Part shown: positions 57,071-64,000 of the stretch, one piece after another
How positions within the stretch are numbered: the first letter of the stretch is position 1
Layout of the letters: each line of letters begins with the position of its first letter
Assembly (NCBI GenBank): GCA_965649225.1
Contig: CBFGJX010000001.1
Coordinates: forward strand, 160,406-224,405
Direction of reading: 5' to 3'
DNA length: 64,000 bases
Source: a candidate division WOR-3 bacterium
Lineage (GTDB): Bacteria; Hydrothermota; Tepidihabitantia; Tepidihabitantales; Tepidihabitantaceae
Notes under the pieces: model-generated
Told to the model about the DNA's origin: nothing
Seen by the model: only the letters and a program-made list of their open reading frames with translations
Databases searched by the model: none
Position numbers and translations under genes: made by a program

Positions 57071-58389
57071 TGAAGAAAACACTGATACTGGGCGCCGGTC
57101 TGGTCTCGCGCCCGATGGTCAACTATCTGCTTGACATCGAAGACTTCGAAGTGACTGTCGCCAGCCGCACGGTGGAAAAGGCCGCCGCGTTGATCGGCGG
57201 GCATTCCCGCGGCCGGGCTCAGGCTCTCAACGTTGAAGACGCAACCGCGCTGGAAGACGCCGTCCGTGCCGCCGACCTTGTCGTCAGCCTGTTGCCCTAC
57301 ACCTTTCATGTCCGCGTTGCCAATTTCTGCATCAAACATCGCCGGCCGCTGGTAACGACATCTTACGTCTCGGATGCTATGCGGGCACTCGACGCTGACG
57401 CCCGCAATGCCGGCATCATTTTGCTCAACGAAATCGGTCTCGACCCCGGTATCGACCACATGTCCGCGATGAAGATCATCCACTCGGTTCAGCACAACGG
57501 CGGCCGCATCGTCGAGTTTGAATCGTATTGCGGCGGACTGCCGGCGCCCGAGGCAAATGACAACCCGCTCGGCTACAAGTTCTCCTGGAGCCCGAAAGGC
57601 GTGGTAATGGCCGGCCGCAACGATGCCCGCTATCTCAAGGATGGAAAAGAAGTTTTTGTCCCCGGCCGCGACCTGTTTGGCCACCGCTGGCCACTGCCGG
57701 TTGGACCAGACCATCGCTTCGAAGCCTACCCCAACCGCAACTCCCTGCCCTATATTGCCCTCTACGGACTCGAAGGCATCCGAACCATGCTTCGCGGCAC
57801 TCTGCGCAACTTTGGCTGGTGCTCAACGCTCAAGGCGATTGCCGACCTCGGCCTGCTGGCCGACGATTCGGTTCAGCCACTGACCGGCCTTTCCGCTGCC
57901 GACTGGCTGCGCCGTTACGTCCCGGGCACCGGCGACCTGCGTTCCGAAGTTGCCGCCCGGCTCAAAGTTACGCCCGACGACCCGACCATTGCCAACCTTG
58001 CCTGGCTTGGCCTGTTTGACACCCAGCCGCTCGGGCTCGACAGCGGCTCCAACCTTGATGTTCTCGCCAAGCTGATGGTCGCCCGGATGAGCTATCGGCC
58101 CGGTGAGCGCGACATGATTGTCCTCCACCACCGGTTCCGCGCCGAGTATCCCGGCCGACCGGCAGAGGTCATCACCTCGACCCTCATCGATTACGGCATC
58201 CCCAATGGCGACACCGCAATGGCTCGAACCGTCAGCCTGCCGGCGGCAATCGCGGTTCGGCTGATACTTGAAGGCCGCATCAGCCGAACCGGGGTGCTGA
58301 TTCCAGTGATGCCGGATATCTACCAGCCGGTACTTGCCGAACTGGCCCGGCTCGGTATCGAGTGTGTCGAAGAAAACAAGCCGGCCTGA
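57070..58389 (+). CDS. Saccharopine dehydrogenase/reductase (glutamate-forming type; AASS C-terminal half, Lys9-like)
   Basis: LGAGLV, VSLLPY, NEIGLDPGIDHM, SYCGGLPAPE..DNPLGYKFSWSP, YPNRNS, RGTLR, AMARTV. Confidence 0.93.
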   Translation: MKKTLILGAGLVSRPMVNYLLDIEDFEVTVASRTVEKAAALIGGHSRGRAQALNVEDATALEDAVRAADLVVSLLPYTFHVRVANFCIKHRRPLVTTSYVSDAMRALDADARNAGIILLNEIGLDPGIDHMSAMKIIHSVQHNGGRIVEFESYCGGLPAPEANDNPLGYKFSWSPKGVVMAGRNDARYLKDGKEVFVPGRDLFGHRWPLPVGPDHRFEAYPNRNSLPYIALYGLEGIRTMLRGTLRNFGWCSTLKAIADLGLLADDSVQPLTGLSAADWLRRYVPGTGDLRSEVAARLKVTPDDPTIANLAWLGLFDTQPLGLDSGSNLDVLAKLMVARMSYRPGERDMIVLHHRFRAEYPGRPAEVITSTLIDYGIPNGDTAMARTVSLPAAIAVRLILEGRISRTGVLIPVMPDIYQPVLAELARLGIECVEENKPA

Positions 58390-58405
58390 CCATACGGTAA
58401 TGGTA

Positions 58406-58433
58406 TTGACACTGTCGGCATTGGCACTACAAT
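58406..58433 (+). promoter_or_regulatory. Promoter for rpmF-plsX
   Basis: TTGACA-N16-TACAAT. Confidence 0.75.
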
Positions 58434-58466
58434 CCCGACGCTGACCATAGTCAATCCGGAGGAAAA

Positions 58467-58658
58467 ATGCCACTTCCCAAAAGACGCCACTCCAAACAGC
58501 GCGGCCGCAAGCGTCGGACGCACTGGAAACTGACAGCGCCAACCACTGTTGACTGCCCGCACTGCCACGAACCGAAACTGCCGCACCGGGTCTGCCCCCA
58601 TTGCGGCTGGTATGCGGGCAAAGAGGTGCTGTTCATCGAAAAGACCAAGAAGGAATGA
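58467..58658 (+). CDS. rpmF: 50S ribosomal protein L32 (zinc-binding type)
   Basis: [10 protein letters not shown]...CPHC...[11 protein letters not shown]. Confidence 0.96.
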   Translation: MPLPKRRHSKQRGRKRRTHWKLTAPTTVDCPHCHEPKLPHRVCPHCGWYAGKEVLFIEKTKKE

Positions 58659-58704
58659 CGCCGGCGCTGGACCTCGCCGCCGGCACAATCGACAATAACA
58701 GTCG

Positions 58705-59712
58705 ATGGCCGAATCGTCGCCGCTGACTGTCGCGCTTGACGCGATGGGTTCCGACAATGCGCCACGGGTCGAGATTGCCGGGGCGCTGGAAGCGGCTGCC
58801 CGCCTGCCCGAACTGCAGGTCTGCCTGGTCGGCCGACCGGAACTGCTGGGCAGCCCTGACACTGACTACAGCGAACGAATCACAATCGTGCCGGCCTCCG
58901 AGACCGTCGGCATGCACGAATCGCCAGCCGAAATCGTCAAACGCAAACGCGACAGCTCGATTGCCGTCGGCATCGACATGGTCAAATCCGGCCGCGCCGC
59001 TGCCTTCGTCAGTGCCGGCAACACCGGCGCAGTGATGGCCTTTGCCATCACCACCCTCGGCGTCATCCCCGGCGTTCACCGCCCGACGCTGGGAGTGATG
59101 TTCCCCAACCGTACCGGCAGCACGCTGGTGCTCGACGTCGGCGCCAATGTCGAAACCAAGCCGTTTCAGCTCCAGCAGTTCGCGCTGATGGGCGCCACTG
59201 CCGCTGCTCACCTGCTGCGCAAGGCCAATCCATCCGTCGCCATCCTCAACATTGGCCGTGAAGCCGGCAAAGGCAACGAACTGGCCGTCCGGACTGCCGA
59301 ACTGCTTCAGCAGACTGACCTCAACTTCATCGGCAACATCGAAGGCCACGACCTGCTGGAAGGAGCAGCCGATGTTGCCGTCTGCGACGGATTTGTCGGC
59401 AACATTCTGCTCAAGTACACTGAAGGCATGGGCGAACTGCTCGCCCGCTACCTTGACGAATACCTGCACTCGGAGACCAACTACCGGATGCGACGCTGGC
59501 TGTCGAAACCGGTACTGCACGAATTCATCGACCGGCTGGACTGGCAGCAGCGTGGCGGTGCCCTGCTGCTCGGAGTCAACGGCACGGTTGTCGTCGCCCA
59601 CGGCCGCTCGACACCCCGGGCAATCAAAAACGCTCTCTACACAGCGATGAACGCCGCCGGCGACCACCTCACCGACCGCATCCGCGAACGATTCAGCCGG
59701 CTGGAAAACTGA
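58705..59712 (+). CDS. plsX: Phosphate acyltransferase PlsX
   Basis: ALDAMGSD, SAGNTGA, LDVGAN, GNIEG, CDGFVGN, GALLLG. Confidence 0.96.
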   Translation: MAESSPLTVALDAMGSDNAPRVEIAGALEAAARLPELQVCLVGRPELLGSPDTDYSERITIVPASETVGMHESPAEIVKRKRDSSIAVGIDMVKSGRAAAFVSAGNTGAVMAFAITTLGVIPGVHRPTLGVMFPNRTGSTLVLDVGANVETKPFQLQQFALMGATAAAHLLRKANPSVAILNIGREAGKGNELAVRTAELLQQTDLNFIGNIEGHDLLEGAADVAVCDGFVGNILLKYTEGMGELLARYLDEYLHSETNYRMRRWLSKPVLHEFIDRLDWQQRGGALLLGVNGTVVVAHGRSTPRAIKNALYTAMNAAGDHLTDRIRERFSRLEN

Positions 59713-59714
59713 CC

Positions 59715-60854
59715 ATGCGCAATCCTGCCCTACCCACCCTGCTGACGCTGCTGGCACTGCTGGTTGTCGGCTGTAACACCCTGCCCCTTGGCTACAACGA
59801 AATCAAGGACCGTGTCCCGGCCGACTCCGCCTTCACCCTTACTGCCGACAGCGCCGCCCGCTACATCCGCTACGCACCGCTCGGCACTGCTGCCCGGCTG
59901 TTCTTCGGCGCCGACTCGTTTTACCGTTCGCGCCTGTTACTGCGCTGGGTCATCTCGGAGACGCTCAGCCTTGATTCGATCGCCTCGGTTGAACTTGTGC
60001 TCTACCCGCTTGACAGTACGCCGGTTTCCTTTGTCTGCCGGCCCTGTTCGACGTCCTGGAACGAATCGGGCGTTTCCTGGCTGATGGCCGACTCCTTCAA
60101 CTTCTGGGTCAACCCTGGCGGCGACTGGCTCAGCGTCGACATCGGCGCCGGCACCACCAGCCGCGAAAGCACGGTCATCACCCTCAGCTATCGAAACCTC
60201 ACCGCCGAACAGCGGGCCGCAATCCGCGAGAACGGTATCATCCTGCTCCCACAGGACAACGGCCGTTTCTGCCGCATCGCCTCCCGCACGACTTCCGGCA
60301 AGAGTCCCCGGTTTGTCGTCCGCTACGGCAACAACCGAACCGCCACCAGCCTCAACGCAATCGCCTCGGCCGTTATCGCCGATACCGTTCGCACCGATAC
60401 CGCTACACGAACCGGCCTGCTGATCGGTTCCGGCGTCCCGATGCGCACATTCCTGATTTTTGACCTAGATTCGATACCTGCTGCCGCCACAATTACCAGG
60501 GCCGACCTTGAACTCCACCCGCGCACCATTTACCGGCACAGTGATACGATGACACTTGCGGTTCACCGGCTGCTTGACCCGTTTTCGGGTCGCGGCCCCA
60601 ATGCCCGCTTCGTCGAAACTCCCGCCCGCACTGTCTACTACTCACCACCATCCGGTTCAGATTCAACCGTCAGCTTCGACCTGCGAACGCTGGTGCAGTT
60701 CTGGACCACCTGGCCTGACTCCAACCGCGGCCTGCTGCTCAAAGCCAGTCCGGAGTGGGCCGAATTCTTTCTCCTGCGTCTGAACGCCGCAGGACCGCTG
60801 GCGCCGCGCCTGCACATTCAGTACGTCCTGCCGCCCCAGGACCGGTTTCACTGA
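59715..60854 (+). CDS. Lipoprotein with DNRLRE-like beta-sandwich domains
   Basis: Lipobox LVVGC; SWNESGVSW..W.NPGGD; FDLDSIP..ATITRADL; NRGLLL, PRLHIQY. Confidence 0.65.
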   Translation: MRNPALPTLLTLLALLVVGCNTLPLGYNEIKDRVPADSAFTLTADSAARYIRYAPLGTAARLFFGADSFYRSRLLLRWVISETLSLDSIASVELVLYPLDSTPVSFVCRPCSTSWNESGVSWLMADSFNFWVNPGGDWLSVDIGAGTTSRESTVITLSYRNLTAEQRAAIRENGIILLPQDNGRFCRIASRTTSGKSPRFVVRYGNNRTATSLNAIASAVIADTVRTDTATRTGLLIGSGVPMRTFLIFDLDSIPAAATITRADLELHPRTIYRHSDTMTLAVHRLLDPFSGRGPNARFVETPARTVYYSPPSGSDSTVSFDLRTLVQFWTTWPDSNRGLLLKASPEWAEFFLLRLNAAGPLAPRLHIQYVLPPQDRFH

Positions 60855-61990
60855 TGCGTCGCTCTCTATTGCTTCTGCTGCTCGTCGTAACCAGCCTTGT
60901 TGCCCAGTCGTTTTTCAATCCCCGGGGGCTGGGTGAACTCGCCGGCAACAGCGACGCGCGGCTCAGTGCTCAGTCTGGCCCTTCGGCGCTGTCCGACGAC
61001 AACCCCGGCATACCTGTCCGCCTCGACCGGGTCACAATCCGCACCGGTGGCCTGGTCGGCGTCTCGCTCGGCCGCCAGAACTTCGGGTCCCGGGCTCTGT
61101 TCAGCGTCCGCCCCACCGGCATCACCGGCGCGGTGCCACTGCCGGCATCGTTCCGGCTCACGCTTGCTGCATCGGAACGGTTCTGTCAGGACTTTGACAT
61201 CTGGTCTGATTCGCTCACCGATACTCTCTACCGGCGCCATATCATCGGTCGCGGCGGCATCTACGCGCTCTCGGCCGGCATCGCCCACCGATTCCTGGGC
61301 CGTGCGACGCTTGGCCTCCAGTACTCGGCGCTGCTCGGCGGTGCGCGCGAGAACTGGCGCTACACCGTCGGCGGCAACAGCTCCACCGACACGATCGAAA
61401 CCGACTACCGCGGCGGCAGCCTTCGTGCCGGCCTGGGGCTGACGTTCGGTCGTTTTTCTGCCGGAGCCTGGTTTGAACCCGGGCAGCAACTGACGGTACG
61501 CCGGTTGAAGAAGATTCACGGAGTCGTTGCCGACTCAATTCAGACTCGGCACATCGATCTGCCCTGGTCCGGCGCAGCCGGCCTGGGGCTCGCCGCCACT
61601 GACCGGTTGAGCCTTACGCTGGGCGCAAGTCTCGCCAACTGGGAAAATGCCACACTGACCGGTGACGGCGACTCAGCCCGCAGCCTCGGATTTCGCAACT
61701 CGCTGCGAATGACGCTTGGCATGGAATACTACGTTGTCGAATCGATTCCGGTGCGGTTCGGACTTTCACACGGCAACTGGTACTACTCGCCCCGTGACGG
61801 CGGAACCATAGCCGAGACCGGGCTGTACGCCGGCACCGGGCTGGCAATCGCCGGATTCGGCACTGCCGACATTGCCGCTGCGGTGCTGCTGCGGTCGGCA
61901 TCCGGCCTGCACGAAACTGCTTTGCGGCTGGCCTTTTCGCTCAATTACGGCGAAACTTGGGCTCGCCGCACCCGACGCTGGGGCTACTGA
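60854..61990 (+). CDS. Outer-membrane beta-barrel protein (FadL/OmpP1/PorV-like superfamily)
   Basis: Signal peptide; GLGEL...DNPG; alternating amphipathic beta-strands; TGATG coupling. Confidence 0.6.
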   Translation: MRRSLLLLLLVVTSLVAQSFFNPRGLGELAGNSDARLSAQSGPSALSDDNPGIPVRLDRVTIRTGGLVGVSLGRQNFGSRALFSVRPTGITGAVPLPASFRLTLAASERFCQDFDIWSDSLTDTLYRRHIIGRGGIYALSAGIAHRFLGRATLGLQYSALLGGARENWRYTVGGNSSTDTIETDYRGGSLRAGLGLTFGRFSAGAWFEPGQQLTVRRLKKIHGVVADSIQTRHIDLPWSGAAGLGLAATDRLSLTLGASLANWENATLTGDGDSARSLGFRNSLRMTLGMEYYVVESIPVRFGLSHGNWYYSPRDGGTIAETGLYAGTGLAIAGFGTADIAAAVLLRSASGLHETALRLAFSLNYGETWARRTRRWGY

Positions 61991-62039
61991 CCAGCGCCGG
62001 CCGGCAACAATGAAAGACCCCAAGCAACGGAGGAACCTG

Positions 62040-62732
62040 ATGCATAAAACCATCGCTGTCGCCGCGGCACTGCTTGTGCTGGCCTGCGGCAGCCAGCAGC
62101 CAAAAACCGAAACGGCTTCGGCGGCCGACACCGCTGTGACCGCGGCGCCGGCTGAAACCACACCGCCGACACCGCCGGAAAGCATATCCGCCCAACCGGG
62201 CACAACCAAGGCAGGTATCTTGACCGACACACTCGACCCGACCCGACTGCCCAAAGACCTTTACATCACTATCAAGGTGCGCGACTTCGGTACAATGAAA
62301 GTCAAGTTCTACACCGAAGATGCGCCGAAAAATGTCGCCAATGTTGCGAACAATGCCATCAAGGGCTTTTACAACGGCCTCACCTTCCACCGCATTGTGC
62401 CCGGCTTCGTGGTTCAGGGCGGCGACCCCAAGGGCGACGGCACCGGCGGCCCGGGCTACACCGTACCGGCCGAAATCAAGCGCAAGCACGAAAAGGGCGC
62501 CATGGCCATGGCCCGTACCGGCGACGCGGTCAACCCCAAGAAGGAATCATCCGGCAGCCAGTTTTACCTCTGTCTGGAAGCCCTGCCGATGCTGGACGGC
62601 AACTATACCGTCATCGGCAAACTGGTTGAAGGAATGGATGTCCTTCAGCGAATCGGCGCTGTCAAGACCGGCCCCAACGACCGTCCGGTCACGCCGGTCG
62701 TGATGGAGTCGGTTACCGTCTCAACCAACTAG
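62040..62732 (+). CDS. Cyclophilin-type peptidyl-prolyl isomerase, lipoprotein
   Basis: Lipobox VLAC; FYNGLTFHRIV, QGGDP, GAMAMAR, SGSQFY, LDGNYTVIG. Confidence 0.93.
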   Translation: MHKTIAVAAALLVLACGSQQPKTETASAADTAVTAAPAETTPPTPPESISAQPGTTKAGILTDTLDPTRLPKDLYITIKVRDFGTMKVKFYTEDAPKNVANVANNAIKGFYNGLTFHRIVPGFVVQGGDPKGDGTGGPGYTVPAEIKRKHEKGAMAMARTGDAVNPKKESSGSQFYLCLEALPMLDGNYTVIGKLVEGMDVLQRIGAVKTGPNDRPVTPVVMESVTVSTN

Positions 62733-63875
62733 TCCGTCTGCTGTCTTTTCGGCGCCGGCCCGGCTCTGCCTGGCCGGCGCTTTGTGCATCGTTCCCACCA
62801 GTCGGCTCAATGAACGTCCCAGTGGCGGCCGGGCAATGCCGCGTTCGGTCACAATCGCACTGATGAGCCCTGCCGGGGTGACATCGAAAGCCGGGTTATA
62901 AACCCCGACGCCGCGGGGCGCAACCCGGCAGCCGCCAAAGCCAAGCACCTCCGCTGCACCGCGCTGTTCAATCGGGATGTCCGCGCCCGTCGCGGTCGCC
63001 GGGTCCCAGGTTGAACCCGGAGCAGCTATCACCATCGGCCGGCCGGCACGCCGGGCGAGAATCGCCAGCATCAACGTGCCGACTTTGTTGGCCGTATCAC
63101 CATTGCGCGCAATTCGGTCGGCGCCGGCCAGCACCAGATCGCAGTCCTTCACCGCCGAAGCCGCGGCGCTGTCCGGCAGCAGCCGGACCGGAATACCAGC
63201 CCGCACCAGCTCCAGTGCGGTCAGCCGCGCTCCCTGCAGCAGTGGCCGCGTTTCCAGTGCCAGTACGCTTGGCCGCCGCCCGGCGGCATGTGCCTGCAAA
63301 ACAATCCCCAGCGCGGTCCCGACTCCGGGTCCGGCCAGCGAACCGGTGTTGCAAATCGTCATCACCACGCCGCCCGGCGGAATGAGAACGGCCCCATGCC
63401 GGGCAATCGCATACGACCGCTCTCGTTCTTCGGCTTCAAGTTCCCGTGCCGCTGCCAGCAGACGGGCCGGCAACTGCCGGTCATCGGCGACCGCCGCAAT
63501 CACCCGGCGCATCCGCTCGACCGCCCAGCCCAGATTGACTGCCGTTGGTCGCGCCGCGGCCAGTCGGTCGCAGGCCCGAACCAATCGACGCCGCCCACCG
63601 CTGCCCCCAAGCCGGGCCGCTTCCAGTGCCACGCCGTAAGCTGCCGCCACGCCAATCAACGGCGCCCCCCGCACTGCCAGACCCCGAATCAGCTCAATTA
63701 CGTCATCGGCACTTTCCGGTCGCTGCCAGACAACCCGCCCCGGCAGAAGCCGCTGGTCCAGAATCTCCAGGCCCCGGCGCCAGCGCACCGCCACAAACGG
63801 CGGTCGGGCCTTTACCTCAGTCCTTGACAAGTTCGGCAACGATCCCGAAGCACTCTGCCGTATTGACATGCTCAT
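62721..63875 (-). CDS. mtnA: S-methyl-5-thioribose-1-phosphate isomerase
   Basis: LDQRLLP, VRGAPLIG, RPTAVNL, TICNTGSLA, ETRPLLQGARLT, GADRI, ANKVGT, NPAFDVTP. Confidence 0.94.
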   Translation of the reverse strand: MSMSIRQSASGSLPNLSRTEVKARPPFVAVRWRRGLEILDQRLLPGRVVWQRPESADDVIELIRGLAVRGAPLIGVAAAYGVALEAARLGGSGGRRRLVRACDRLAAARPTAVNLGWAVERMRRVIAAVADDRQLPARLLAAARELEAEERERSYAIARHGAVLIPPGGVVMTICNTGSLAGPGVGTALGIVLQAHAAGRRPSVLALETRPLLQGARLTALELVRAGIPVRLLPDSAAASAVKDCDLVLAGADRIARNGDTANKVGTLMLAILARRAGRPMVIAAPGSTWDPATATGADIPIEQRGAAEVLGFGGCRVAPRGVGVYNPAFDVTPAGLISAIVTERGIARPPLGRSLSRLVGTMHKAPARQSRAGAEKTADGLVG

Positions 63876-64000
63876 TCTCCTCTGTCAGACGTATCCGCCA
63901 GTATCCGGCCGGAGGCAGCTTCGCCCGGGGCAGCAGCCCGGCAACTGCCCAGAAAGTTCTCAACCCCGTCTCCAGCAGCTGCCGCCGCGCCTGTCCGCGA

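Noticed and set aside
63876..64000. 3' end of a gene upstream of mtnA
   Set aside because: Too short to fix the frame or product.
1..64000. CRISPR arrays, IS elements, prophage, defence systems, selenocysteine read-through
   Set aside because: No regularly spaced repeats, transposase, integrase or phage motifs, or in-frame TGA at catalytic Cys positions were seen by eye; a computational scan was not possible.

Overview
A GC-rich, gene-dense bacterial chromosomal segment with no integrase, transposase, prophage or CRISPR array. Several genes (rubrerythrin, desulfoferrodoxin, a 4-subunit 2-oxoacid:ferredoxin oxidoreductase, NfnAB, LpxH, PorV and T9SS-type C-terminal domains) suggest an anaerobic diderm of the FCB-associated group, such as WOR-3; this placement is inference. 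Contents in order: an oxidative-stress operon (rbr-tpx-dfx) next to tmRNA; an iscS-iscU-Zn ribbon-glutaredoxin-FTR/rubredoxin operon; korDABC with an ALDH; purine salvage genes (hpt, ade, LOG-like); tRNA-Pro(CGG); rpmH-rnpA-yidD-yidC-jag-mnmE-argS; a 17 kb envelope locus (ExbB-ExbD-ExbD-TonB, two T9SS-CTD proteins, a lipoprotein, a TonB-dependent receptor, PorV, a divergent M16 peptidase pair, and an ECF sigma with an anti-sigma/TonB_C fusion); an isolated rplR-secY fragment of the spc operon; nfnAB-ddl; mazG; a coupled tilS-ftsH-dapA-dapB-LKR-SDH operon; rpmF-plsX with envelope proteins; and mtnA. Best candidates for undescribed biology: (1) DAP-pathway entry genes coupled to a split saccharopine (LKR/SDH) pair and a class III aminotransferase lacking its PLP lysine; (2) an IscS lacking its PLP lysine in an operon with a ferredoxin:disulfide reductase and glutaredoxin; (3) the TonB/TBDT/PorV/T9SS-cargo/M16 locus. 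Also seen: 16-nt promoter spacers, leaderless and CTG starts, and two candidate structured RNAs. All product calls come from motif recognition by eye, not database searches.
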